A DNA stretch of 59,648 bases from Octopus bimaculoides (lineage: Eukaryota), in assembly GCF_001194135.2 (NCBI RefSeq), contig NC_068987.1, positions 5,451,980 to 5,511,627 on the forward strand, read 5' to 3'. Shown here piece after piece: positions 38,233-50,756 of the stretch. Made by a program: the position numbers and the translations under genes. Each line of letters starts with the position of its first letter. Within the stretch, counting starts at the first letter, position 1. Under the pieces are notes generated by a model. That model did no database searches and had not been told where the DNA came from. It was given only the letters and a program-made list of their open reading frames with translations.

Positions 38233-38739
38233 TATTTATTCGTATAATTAATATAATAGCTAATTTTCATGCGTTAACTAAACGTTGGCTTCGGTGATTT
38301 AAGCACTTTTTACACAGCTTTTATCTGCATAGCACATTGCTCATGTTTGTGTTAGTGATATTTTGGTTGCTTCTGTAAGCCATCAGCTTTTATGCTATAC
38401 TGTGTTTAAACGATATCACATACTTAGTAGTCTTTGTATCACCGCTGATAAAGGCTAAAAACGACCATAAACATCTGTGAATGTTTGACTATCAGAAACG
38501 TATTGTGTTCGGAGATTGAGCATATTGTATAGATATTTATTTCAATATGTGACTGGATTTCATTTGCATGCATATGATCGTATAGAACGTGTTACTGTAA
38601 GGTTTTAGATATCATCGCTCTAAATCAGATCGTTTTCACTTCTGTTAAACCATCTCGATAATTCACTTTTCATAAAAAGTTATTTCTGGTATAACCACGA
38701 AATATATCTTCATAAAATTACTATATATGTATGTACACA

Positions 38740-38773
<34 letters not shown>

Positions 38774-38842
38774 TACACATATATACTTGCATAAATATAT
38801 AACATACATGTACACGCACACACATATACCATCATAAAGACG

Positions 38843-38893
<51 letters not shown>

Positions 38894-39037
38894 TGTATAT
38901 TTATGTACGCATCTCTCTATCTACATACGTGTGTGTGTGTGTGTGTGTGTAAATGTATATGCAAGCGTATGTAGCTAAGTAATGTTAAACATTTAGAGTT
39001 AGGAAATATAGGAGAAAATGAGAAGAATATGAGAAAC

Positions 39038-39322
39038 GGGCATATGGCGTGGTGGTTAAGAGCGCGGGCTACTAACCCCAAGATTCCGAGTTCGATTCCA
39101 GGCAGTGACCTGAATAATAATGATAATAATAATCATAATAATAACATCGAAAAATACCTTAGGAATGAGAACCCAGGTTCGAAATTTCCCCAAGACACCT
39201 GATGAAGGCTGGTGAGTATATCAGCCGAAACGTTGTGTTAACAACAAACAAGATGAGGATCCGTCAAATGTAAATAATGTAAATAATATACATCATTCCT
39301 CATCTCTCAAATATAGAACTGT
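39038..39322 (+). mobile_element. SINE-H: tRNA-headed SINE-like element containing a hammerhead ribozyme (full length)
   Basis: tRNA-like head 39038-39110 (A box TGGCGTGGTGG, B box GAGTTCGATTCC, loop CT-ACT-AA), (AAT)n spacer, HHR at 39194-39239, 3' stem AGATGAGGA/TCCTCATCT, end AAATATAGAACTGT. Three more copies in the window. Confidence 0.85.
39194..39239 (+). ncRNA. Type I minimal hammerhead ribozyme, canonical core
   Basis: gacac-CTGATGA-a-ggctg(gtgagtatat)cagcc-GAAA-C-GT-T-gtgtt. Stem I gacac/gtgtt, 5-bp stem II, loopless palindromic ACGT stem III, GUU site. Confidence 0.75.
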
Positions 39323-39465
39323 ACGAAATTATTTGGTTAACACTTAAATTACAACATTCTCATTCTACGAAAGATTCATAAATTCACCCATCTATCATCA
39401 AAGTTATTCCAATTTGCTACTTTCAGAATATAATGAATACATACATGTATGTACACACGCACACA

Positions 39466-39504
<39 letters not shown>

Positions 39505-42500
39505 TCACACACACATTTTATTCGTGTTTGCGTACGCATGCGTGTATGCATAAACGAAAGAACGCGGACAAGTTTTCTATCGTCTTAATGAAAAGTCTTT
39601 TCATCCATATTGCTATGCTAATTTACACCAAGTGAGTAATTTAGTTCCCACAGGCAGCAAGAAGACTTATGAATAGACATTTAAAACGATTTTTAGATTA
39701 TGGAATATCCTACACATTCAAATACATGTAATCGTTCTATGAGTGTGCATGTGTGTTCCTATGCATGTGTTAGCGAGTAAATATAATAATAATTTTAAAA
39801 AAGCCTGATCGGGTTGGGTGAGTGAGAGAGAGAGATCTTTATAATTCAAAAGCAGTGTTTTGCCTCAAGACAAATAGCTTATTAATTTCAGTTAAGATCA
39901 TTTGCGATTTAGCCTAGTAGTCAAGCTGAAATCTTTACAAAGGTTAGTTAGCAGAAAATAATTATACATTTAATACAATTTCTGAATAGAACTGAATTTG
40001 TGGTAGATCTTAACATATGATTTACTTTTGATGTTGGTTTACCGCAGGAGAGTGGGGTTCTTGCATTCTTGTATTGTGGTTATCTAAGGGGAAATTGGTT
40101 TATACGTACATACATACACACACACACACATACATACATACATACATACATACATACATGCATACGTACATACATATATACATACAGACATGTATCTATC
40201 TGTGTGTGTGTGTGTGTGTGTGTGTGCATGTGTGTATGTGTGTGTGTGTAGCTCAACGAAGGCTAGAAGGTCGAAACGCAAAGTCATTATCGTTCCTCTT
40301 CTTGTAAAAATATGATAATCGCACTCTATTGAGTAATTTGTCAGTTTAATGTTAAATTGTTTTGACTTAACTTGACATAAAAACAAACAATACACGCACA
40401 CACATTATATATANNNNNNNNNNNNNNNNNNNNNNNNNNNNNNNNNNNNNNNNNNNNNNNNNNNNNNNNNNNNNNNNNNNNNNNNNNNNNNNNNNNNNNN
40501 NNNNNNNNNNNNNNNNNNNNNNNNNNNNNNNNNNNNNNNNNNNNNNNNNNNNNNNNNNNNNNNNNNNNNNNNNNNNNNNNNNNNNNNNNNNNNNNNNNNN
40601 NNNNNNNNNNNNNNNNNNNNNNNNNNNNNNNNNNNNNNNNNNNNNNNNNNNNNNNNNNNNNNNNNNNNNNNNNNNNNNNNNNNNNNNNNNNNNNNNNNNN
40701 NNNNNNNNNNNNNNNNNNNNNNNNNNNNNNNNNNNNNNNNNNNNNNNNNNNNNNNNNNNNNNNNNNNNNNNNNNNNNNNNNNNNNNNNNNNNNNNNNNNN
40801 NNNNNNNNNNNNNNNNNNNNNNNNNNNNNNNNNNNNNNNNNNNNNNNNNNNNNNNNNNNNNNNNNNNNNNNNNNNNNNNNNNNNNNNNNNNNNNNNNNNN
40901 NNNNNNNNNNNNNNNNNNNNNNNNNNNNNNNNNNNNNNNNNNNNNNNNNNNNNNNNNNNNNNNNNNNNNNNNNNNNNNNNNNNNNNNNNNNNNNNNNNNN
41001 NNNNNNNNNNNNNNNNNNNNNNNNNNNNNNNNNNNNNNNNNNNNNNNNNNNNNNNNNNNNNNNNNNNNNNNNNNNNNNNNNNNNNNNNNNNNNNNNNNNN
41101 NNNNNNNNNNNNNNNNNNNNNNNNNNNNNNNNNNNNNNNNNNNNNNNNNNNNNNNNNNNNNNNNNNNNNNNNNNNNNNNNNNNNNNNNNNNNNNNNNNNN
41201 NNNNNNNNNNNNNNNNNNNNNNNNNNNNNNNNNNNNNNNNNNNNNNAAATAAGATTATTAACAGAATAAATACTTCTTATTACAAAAATGAGAATGATAA
41301 AAAAAAAAATAAGCGAAACGAAATCGAAACGTGAGGGTTTTCAATTAATGGATAGAATTTATGGATTTGTTATTCAAACTAGAATCTAAGAATGTCACTG
41401 CTTTAAATTAGGAATCAGTAAACATCAAATTTTTCAGTGTTGTGTTGAGAAAAGATTTCATTCGACTGGTTACTGGTCGCACACCTATGTCTTTTTGGCA
41501 TGTATCACGCGCAAGTCTTGATTATTACTTAACTCTTCCTGAAACAGCTGTCGAGATAGGACATTGCGCAATTTCGTTATATATATTTTTTCTTTATTTA
41601 TATCTGCACTTTTTGCGCTCCATGTAAATGCATATAGCACATATACTAAGGCTAATTGTGTTTATTTACCTTACTTCCTCTCTCTCCGTCTATTTCTTCC
41701 TTTCTCCCTTCTCTCCCCATCTCTGTCTCTCTCTCTATATATATACATATAATTATAAACACACACACACATACAAACGCTCACCTTCCTCTAAATTTGA
41801 AATTACTACTATCCCTCCAATTAGATTTTAAATTCTTGTTTGATTCACTTGTCTGTGAAACAGCAGCATAGTCGAGATGGTATGTTTTCTTCTCTTACTC
41901 TTGTTTTTTGCAAACATTTTCAAAATGACTTTTTAAAATGAAATTCCATTATGCAGCTGAGGATTACATTTTCATTGTAAATTCTGTGGTGTTCTCACTA
42001 CATGAATAAATGGAGCNNNNNNNNNNATATATATTTTAATTCTTTTATTTGTTTCAGTTATTTGACTGCGGCCCTGCTGGAACACCTCCTTTAGTCGAAC
42101 AAATCGACCACAGGACTTATTCTTTGTAATTCTAGTACTTATTCTATCGCTGTCTTTTGCCGAACCGCTAAGTTACAGGGACATAAACAAACCAACATCG
42201 ATTGTCAAGCGATGGTGGGGACAAACACAGACACACATACATATATATAATATACAATATACAATATATATATATAACACACGCACACACATACACACTA
42301 CACTCACACACACGCACACACATATACGTACAAATGTACTCACAAATCTAGACATACTTCAAACATGCTCGTACAGTAATACATACATACACAGACACAG
42401 ACACACACAGGCACAGACACACACGGACACACACATACATTCACACACATGCATATATATATAAACATGTACATTTTATACATATATATACATATATGTA

Positions 42501-43881
42501 ATCCATATCAAACTTTACACTGAACTTACAGGGAATCCAGTCACCCTGGATCTGTGATCAATGAAAGCATGAAAAGCATCTCCATTCGAGTAGCTAAATT
42601 GTCTGCTAATAAGAAAATGAATATTTAACGATAATGCCTGGTATTATAAAGCGGCTCGTAAAAGAAGGAAGAAATTACATATATACACAACTTTAACCCC
42701 AAAAGTCACATTAAATATTTGCACAATGAAACATTAACACAGATATCTTCTACACTTAGGCATATAAATTCCATATCTGGTGACTTGAACTACTCTAAAA
42801 TTGCTAGTTTAAAATAATAATAAATATCGTGGTAACTGCAATAATAATAGTCATAAAATCACCCCCAATAGTTTTACTCATAAAAATGGAAATGATAACG
42901 ATCGAATTTTCCTTTATCTCTTAAACATAGAACCCATAATCAACTACGCTCAGCTTTTTTTTTCTGACTGCTGGTTGTCTTTACTAATCTTGATCGACAA
43001 ATTCTGTATGTGATAGTTGAAAGAGTATCAATTTTTCGTCCTGTTCGTCACCACGAAAATGCGATGATGATGGTGATGATGACCCAGAAAAAATTCTAAG
43101 TAGTTCTCGTGTCTGATATAGATGCAGGCTTTGCACTACCTAATCACACTTAAACTGATAAAAAAAAATAATGTTAATGAAACAAATATTCGCACAATAA
43201 ATGAAAGAAAAAAAATTGAAAATAATAAATTGATAAAAAACAGAAATAAATACTTTAGAAAATCATTTGACTTTTAAGTAAACTGTATTAGAAAAGAAAT
43301 TTATCCTGGGATTTGAAGAAAATTCTTTTGAAGAAATAGAAATTTTCGGAAGATACATTTTTAGATAAGAGGTGTTAAGAGATTTTTTTATATAGTTGGA
43401 GATAAAATTTTCGCGATCATGTATTTATATTTGTTTATATGTTGTTTAAAATAGACACAGTCGTGCAGGCACGACTGTGTGGTTAAGAAACACGTTTTTG
43501 CAACCATTAACAGCTAAACAGGTGATTCTAGGTTCNNNNNNNNNNNNNNNNNNNNNNNNNNNNNNNNNNNNNNNNNNNNNNNNNNNNNNNNNNNNNNNNN
43601 NNNNNNNNNNNNNNNNNNNNNNNNNNNNNNNNNNNNNNNNNNNNNNNNNNNNNNNNNNNNNNNNNNNNNNNNNNNNNNNNNNNNNNNNNNNNNNNNNNNN
43701 NNNNNNNNNNNNNNNNNNNNNNNNNNNNNNNNNNNNNNNNNNNNNNNNNNNNNNNNNNNNNNNNNNNNNNNNNNNNNNNNNNNNNNNNNNNNNNNNNNNN
43801 NNNNNNNNNNNNNNNNNNNNNNNNNNNNNNNNNNNNNNNNNNNNNNNNNNNNNNNNNNNNNNNNNNNNNNATATATATATA

Positions 43882-44130
43882 TAGTGAGAATTTACAAAAA
43901 AACAACAACAACAAAAGACGAAGACGGGTGTGTAAACAGCAAACAGATGTATTAGTTTAACGTTCGGGAAGTGAGAAAGTCTTTTACGTTTCGAGCCTAC
44001 GCTCTTCGACGGAAAGGTAGAAAAGAGAAAAAGGCTTTGTGGCTAGCGATCTATCATGGCGAATGCTGGACAGAGGGGTCACACAGGAGAGCTAGGAAGA
44101 AGGGGAGATAATAAAGTAGTGGTGATCCCA
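43882..44130 (-). mobile_element. Family P copy (hammerhead fold at 43981-44016)
   Basis: Reverse complement cttt-CCGTCGA-a-gagc(gtag)gctc-GAAACGTA-aaag plus the shared downstream sequence. Confidence 0.7.
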
Positions 44131-44256
44131 TTAATATTTAGTAGAAACAACAGAGTGACTCAGGGTCCGAGAGTTTCGTGTGTTGGCACTTCGATAAATG
44201 CCAACGCACGAAACTCTCCGGCCCTGAGTCACTCTGTTGCTTCCACTAAATATTAA
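44131..44256. repeat. Near-perfect palindrome (about 58-bp arms), hairpin MITE-like
   Basis: ttaatatttagtagaaacaacagagtgactcagggtccgagagtttcgtgtgttggca is inverted in tgccaacgcacgaaactctccggccctgagtcactctgttgcttccactaaatattaa, with a spacer of about 10 nt. Confidence 0.9.
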
Positions 44257-44299
44257 TAAAAATGTTGAGTTTTATTTTTCCTGTTTGCACTAACATACA

Positions 44300-44353
<54 letters not shown>

Positions 44354-44358
44354 CCTAC

Positions 44359-44422
<64 letters not shown>

Positions 44423-44560
44423 AAATGTATGTATATATATANNNNNNNNNNNNNNNNNNNNNNNNNNNNNNNNNNNNNNNNNNNNNNNNNNNNNNNNNNN
44501 NNNNNNNNNNNNNNNNNNNNNNNNNNNNNNNNNNNNNNNATATATATATTTACACACACA

Positions 44561-44794
44561 CAGGGTGGCCCCAAACGTAGGTTTACAGCTATCACGTTGG
44601 CACTTTCAATTTATTTTAAAACATTTTATTACATTTAAATTTCTATCTTACAAACTGAAAACAGAGCTTGACAAAATTAACTAAATTAGCATAGAATAAT
44701 GGTTTCATATTTTTTTATGACCAAGATCCAGACTTAATATATGAATACGAAAGAAATACTTGAATAACTGTAAACCTACTTTTGGTCCACCCTG
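44561..44794. mobile_element. Tc1/mariner-type MITE, 234 bp
   Basis: TIRs CAGGGTGGCCCCAAACGTAGGTTTACAG / CTGTAAACCTACTTTTGGTCCACCCTG. TA on the right; CA inside a microsatellite on the left. Confidence 0.8.
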
Positions 44795-44941
44795 TATATA
44801 CATACACAGATAAGTGCGCAAATACATTTATCGATCAAGTAAGGGAACATCTACCAGATCGTTCGATTCGCGAGAAACTGAAAGAGGATGTATTTATTAA
44901 TGAGTTCCGAGGTAAACTGAGACGGAAGGATGGTGATGGTT

Positions 44942-45400
44942 ACACACGTGATTGATCACGACTGTAATTTTCACAAGTGCACACACATACTATATCATAT
45001 ACATACATACATACAGACATATATAAATATACACACAGACACACACATACGCACACACAGGCATAAGTATATATATATATATATATATATATGCATATAT
45101 ATACATCATTGTATCTATGCATCGACTTTCAGTTGCTGTTAGACACCGCTGGTCACAATGCGCCTGCTAACATGTAGATTTCGAAAGATGCCACAGCGCT
45201 GCTTAGGCGAGGTGGACAACTTTGACTCTGGAAGGAACGCCAGTCCGTTGCAAGGATTACTCATTTTTGCTTGCTGAGTGGACTGGAGCAACATGAAATG
45301 CAGTGCCTTGCTCAAGAACACAACACATAGCCCGGCCTGGGTTTCGAAACCACGATCTTCTGATCACGAATGCAACACCCTTACCACTAGGCCATGTCCC

Positions 45401-45403
<3 letters not shown>
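44942..45403 (-). mobile_element. SINE-E (D-type head/core, distinct tail ending ...GTGATCAATCACGTGT). Second copy at 31545-31834(-)
   Basis: Shared segments such as gctggtcacaatgcgc..., gcagtgccttgctcaagaacacaac and gaaaccacgatct in both copies. Confidence 0.7.
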
Positions 45404-45447
<44 letters not shown>

Positions 45448-45782
45448 TGTATGTACCCTTTATCTTCTATTTATAAAAACAAATCCTTCAGTCTTTCTTT
45501 ATTTCTTTCTCTCTGTCTCTTCTCCTTTTTCCTCTTAATTTACAAACGCATACCTAACTCGTACTTGTCTGCCTCTCCCTGTGGTTACAGTGGTTGTATT
45601 GACAAATATGTGACCTTTAATTAGTAATGGACCAAGCTGTTAACTCATTAAATGACACGGGAGGAGAAATGTAATACAATATAAGTACAAAACACGAAAT
45701 GTAAAAAATAAGGATTTAATCCATTTGTTGTGTACTTCCGGACTCTGGCGGCTTAAAGATTAGTAAACAGAATTACCAGGGC

Positions 45783-45809
45783 AACAAACAACAACAACAA
45801 CAACAACAA

Positions 45810-45854
<45 letters not shown>

Positions 45855-45875
45855 CGACAGTGATAGCAACAACAG
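45783..45875. repeat. (CAA)n(CAG)n trinucleotide tract
   Basis: Direct reading. Confidence 0.9.
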
Positions 45876-46400
45876 AAATAACGAACGGTGTAGTAACAAA
45901 TGAAATAATATATAACAAACAAAGACTACAGCAATATCATTAGAACAATACTTTTGTGCTGTTGGTGTCATGATCAAACGATGTTGTTAGTCTGCTTACT
46001 TATAGCCTCCTCTAGATTCGGTCAACAATGAAACTTGGCAGACTTCTCTTCGTTGAGAATGCAAAGCTGAAAGGCAACAATTCTCTTTCAGCAATTACAC
46101 GGCATGTTTCTGCTTTTTGTTGGACTACAAATGATTCTCCTCATCTATCGGCATTTGTTTGATCCACCTATAGAAACAGATATATATGTGGGTGTATGGT
46201 GAATGTGCTTACGGGTACAAGCTTTACGTAAGTGATTGCGTGTGTATATATGCATGCATGTATGAATGAATGTATGAATGAATGTATGTATACTGACAAA
46301 CGTATATATCTCTGCTTTTAATTGTGTGTATTCTAAATGCACGCACATACTATATATTATATGACTGCGCATGGATGTTCACATGTAGATTATATCTGTC

Positions 46401-46860
46401 TGCGTGCGGCTGTGTTGTTGAGAAGATCACTTTGCAGTCACGTGGTTTCGAATTCAATTCCATTACGCAGCAGCTTGGACAAAAGAATCTTTTGTTAGAA
46501 TCTAGTGGGTGGCCAATACCTTGTGACTAAATTTGGTAGACGGAAACTGTATGGAAACCATTCTAATATGTGCGCGCGTGTGTGTGTGTGTGTGCGTGCG
46601 TGTGTGTGTCTGTGTCTGTGTGTGTCTTCGTGTTTGTCTCCCCCAACCCTTACAATCTGTGTTGGTTTGTTTACGCCCCCGTACCTCTGAAGTTCCGCAA
46701 ACTTGACTGATAGAATGAATACCAGACTTAACCACCCCCCCCAACAAAAAACAAACAAACAAACAAAAAAGATACCGGGGTCTTATTTGTTCGACTAAAC
46801 ACTTCAAGGTGAAGCTCCAAAATGGCCATAGTCCAGTGACTAAAACATGTAAAAGATAAT
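46401..46860 (+). mobile_element. SINE-A diverged full copy
   Basis: Degenerate head, microsatellite centre and ...GACTAAAACATGTAAAAGATAA end. Confidence 0.7.
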
Positions 46861-46891
46861 TGATAAAAGATAAATATATATGTATCTACGT

Positions 46892-46935
<44 letters not shown>

Positions 46936-47090
46936 GTGCGTATGTGTGTGTATATATATCTATGTATGTATGTCTGTATGTATATCTGTATGTGTGTGTG
47001 TGTGTGTGTGTGTGATGAAGATCCTATATAAATGTCATCTTCGCAGGCAATGAATCCAAACGTTATAACAATGTCTTAACTCGTTCTAAC

Positions 47091-47270
47091 AATCTTCTCG
47101 CTTGTAATCGCAACGAACGTTCGTGCAACTGTTATCAATGGATGACACTGACTGAATATGAACCGGGTTAATGTTGACATTTGACATATGGAGCAGCTGC
47201 CAGACAGCCTCGACATGGAAATCGGTTCCAGACTTAGGCACACTAATATTGATGGATATCAATTTTGGTA
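47091..47270 (-). CDS. Candidate internal exon (180 nt, phase 1-1), absent from the ORF track
   Basis: Acceptor ctttcctgaccattttttAG (47272-47271) and donor T|GTTAGA (47090). One open frame: PKLISINISVPKSGTDFHVEAVWQLLHMSNVNINPVHIQSVSSIDNSCTNVRCDYKRED. The in-frame stop falls inside the donor. Confidence 0.45.
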
Positions 47271-47439
47271 CTAAAAAATGGTCAGGAAAGCTGGGCTTAC
47301 AAAGAATAAGTCCTGGGGTCGACTTGTTCGGCTAAAGGCGGTGCTCTAGCATGGCCGCAATCAAATGACTGAAAGTAATAAGAGAATAGTTAGCTGATAG
47401 TTAGCAAGGTGAGACACACATAAGAAAGAAGGAAACAAA

Positions 47440-47484
47440 GGACCACTGATGAGGTCACAGAAGTGTGACGAAAGAACTCTGGCC
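47440..47484 (+). ncRNA. Solitary minimal hammerhead ribozyme, canonical core, followed by an (AAGATT)n tail
   Basis: ggacca-CTGATGA-g-gtcac(agaagt)gtgac-GAAA-g(aa)c-TC-tggcc, then ataagattaagattaagatt. Confidence 0.7.
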
Positions 47485-47748
47485 GAAATAAGATTAAGAT
47501 TAAGATTAATGTAATATAAAGCTGAAAAAAAAAAAAAAAAAANNNNNNNNNNNNNNNNNNNNNNNNNNNNNNNNNNNNNNNNNNNNNNNNNNNNNNNNNN
47601 NNNNNNNNNNNNNNNNNNNNNNNNNNNNNNNNNNNNNNNNNNNNNNNNNNNNNNNNNNNNNNNNNNNNNNNNNNNNNNNNNNNNNNNNNNNNNNNNNNNN
47701 NNNNNNNNNNNNNNNNNNNNNNNNNNNNNNNNNNNNNNNNNNNNNNNN

Positions 47749-47791
<43 letters not shown>

Positions 47792-47950
47792 AAGGGGATG
47801 TTTCTATGTGGCCTGCATGTTTGTTGCACCTTCTTTACCATTTTTGTCCTTGTTCTTTTGCCACGTCATGTACCCAGTTATGTATCTATATGTACATGTG
47901 GATGAACGTATATACATACATGTACATATATATGCATATACTCATATATT

Positions 47951-47988
<38 letters not shown>

Positions 47989-48529
47989 GACGGGCTTCTT
48001 TGCAGTTACCGTCTACCAAATTCACTCACAAGGCTTTGGTCGGCCCGAGACTATAGTAGAAGATACTTGCCCAAGGTGTCACGCAGTGGGACTGAACCCG
48101 GAACCATGCAGTTTTGAAGAATGCTTCTTACCACACCTGCGCCTACATGTACATGTATAAAGTATTAAGGAAAATGTTGAACATGTAGAGTTACAAGCTA
48201 TATATCTCCCAGCATGAAACAAGACATTAACGAACTTGGATTTGTGTAGAAGGTGAGTAAGAATATATGTCGTAGATTCCAAACGGTCATCATGGAAGAA
48301 ACGATACAGCTTGTAAAAGTTTAATGGCATTTAAAGAGTTAGCTGTTGTTGAAAAAATAACGGTGAGAGAACCTCGACGCTACGAGGTCACCAGTTTTAT
48401 AGTCGGCCATATTGTTTCTTGCTGTCAACGATGTTTTATCTTTTGTAACCTTGCCTTCAGGTAAATGACTGCTAAATAAATCATAACATATAACAAACCA
48501 ATTAAAAAAAAAAAGACACACACAGTCAG

Positions 48530-49135
48530 TCGTATAAACACAGACATACACTCACACATACACACGCATACAGACATGCAAAGAGTTATTTATATACACA
48601 CACGTACACGCACGCACACACACGGTCATTCACGCACTCACACATATAAACACACACACACGATTTTTCACGCACACCCAAACATACACTCAGTCATTCT
48701 CATACACACAGAATGAGTCTCTAACACACACACAATTATTCATGCGCGTGCGCATACGTACACACGCGCACATACGTACACACACATGTACACACCCGCC
48801 CACACACAGGCATTCATGCACACGTGTCCACAAACAGGCGCGTTCATACACGTACATATACATACATACAAACACACATGTATACGTGTACGTATGCATT
48901 CGCGCACACAAATACCCTCCCCCACACACTCACACATTCACACACATACACACGCAAACACATTCACACACACACACACACACACACTCACACAGATACA
49001 CACTATCACATGCAACCCACAAACATACACATGCATATATATATACGCACACACACATTCACTCACACATTCGCTCATACACATACACTCACTCTCTCAC
49101 GCAAAGGCTAATACGCGCACAGGCGCACGCATGCG
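48530..49135. repeat. Long degenerate (CA)n/(CATA)n low-complexity tract
   Basis: Direct reading. Confidence 0.9.
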
Positions 49136-50297
49136 CATTCAGAAAATATCAAAACTGTTTTGATAAAACATGAAGATCAGACACACTGTCCGTATATAAC
49201 TAATAAAATAATTCTTTCACTCCAAAAGTCTCTCTTATCTCCAGACGGTCAATACAAGAGAGATTAAGGGCCATAAAAAACATTACAGCTGCCTAAATAT
49301 ATCCAAACAGCTTGAATCTGTTATAAACTACCGAGATCTTGAAGTTCCGTATAAGGGTTTGAAAAGCATTTGTAGGGACATGTTGGTTTGATTCAGTCTT
49401 TTTACCAAATGGAAAATTTCTTCTATCGAAGAAGATGAAATAATTATCAGAGATGCTTTGTCCCATAGAGAAACTGTATGAATTACAAAACCCATTTCAG
49501 TACTGGGAACCTTGCCATAGGCACAGGAGTGGAAACTGTGTGGGAGGGGGGGGGGCAGTCGATTAGATCGACCCCAGCACGCAACTGGTACTTAATTTAT
49601 TGACCCTCAAAGGATGAAAGGCAAAGTCGACCTCAGCGGAATTTGAACTCAGGACGTAAAGAGAGACGAAATACCGCTGAGCATTTCGTCCGGCATGCTA
49701 ACGTTTCTGCCAGCTCGCCGCCATTTATCCGACTCCAAATATTGACACTCCTCTGATTCTTTCGGAGAATAGACAGAGCTACAAAAGCTTTTCTATTAAA
49801 AATGTCACAAAACAGCTAAATACTTTGGATTAACTGTCCGCCAAATAAAAATTAAAAAAAAAAACTAAAAGTAACAAGATGTTCTGCCATCTTGGTAGTA
49901 CGGCTGGTAGTTCGATCAGGTTGAGTTAGTGATCGAGGTATTTGCAAATGTTATCTAACTATTGTGAAACAACTGCAGTGTTTCCTTGCAAATGCGAGTA
50001 CATGTGCACCAGTGAATATATTTGTGTATGGCCGTAAGGCATAGACTTACTATCAGCAAGACTCTTCACACTAGATGCTTGACATATAACACCATTTGGA
50101 AAGGTATTGGAATTAAACGAAAATAATACTTCCGGGCGAAATGCTGTTTACAAACTTTGCTAACAAAGAAAAGCAAAGACAAAACAAACAAACAGACATG
50201 GTTTCGGGTTCAGCCTGACGGTGGAGCACCTTGGACAAGAATCTTCTGTTCTAGCTCCGAACCGACCAATGCCATTCTAAGTGAATTTAGACCCGCC

Positions 50298-50397
<100 letters not shown>

Positions 50398-50657
50398 ATG
50401 TATGTATATATGTATAGGTGTGTGAGAAAGTATGGTTGGTGATTACACATGGTTGAATATGAAAGGAAAGAAATACGACGAAAAAACACAGAAGATTTGT
50501 TTTACGAGACTAAAGAATATATTTAAATCGTAATGGCGAGGAAAAAAAGTATTATTTTGTATAATATTGTATAATACTATTGCCTTGACGATTTAAATAT
50601 ATTTAGATATATTCTCGTAAAACAAACCTGTGTTTTTTCCTCTTATTTCTTTCCTGG

Positions 50658-50702
<45 letters not shown>

Positions 50703-50712
50703 NNNNNNNNNN

Positions 50713-50756
<44 letters not shown>

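Noticed and set aside
39038-39110. tRNA gene (anticodon ACT)
   Set aside because: The acceptor and T stems pair poorly and there is no T-run terminator. It is always attached to the same downstream element, so it is a SINE head. The parent tRNA (Ser-GCT or Asn-like) is not resolvable by eye.
40250-40295. Additional hammerhead (caacgaaggctagaaggtcgaaacgc)
   Set aside because: The core and stems are too degenerate to call; possibly a dead PLE pLTR remnant.
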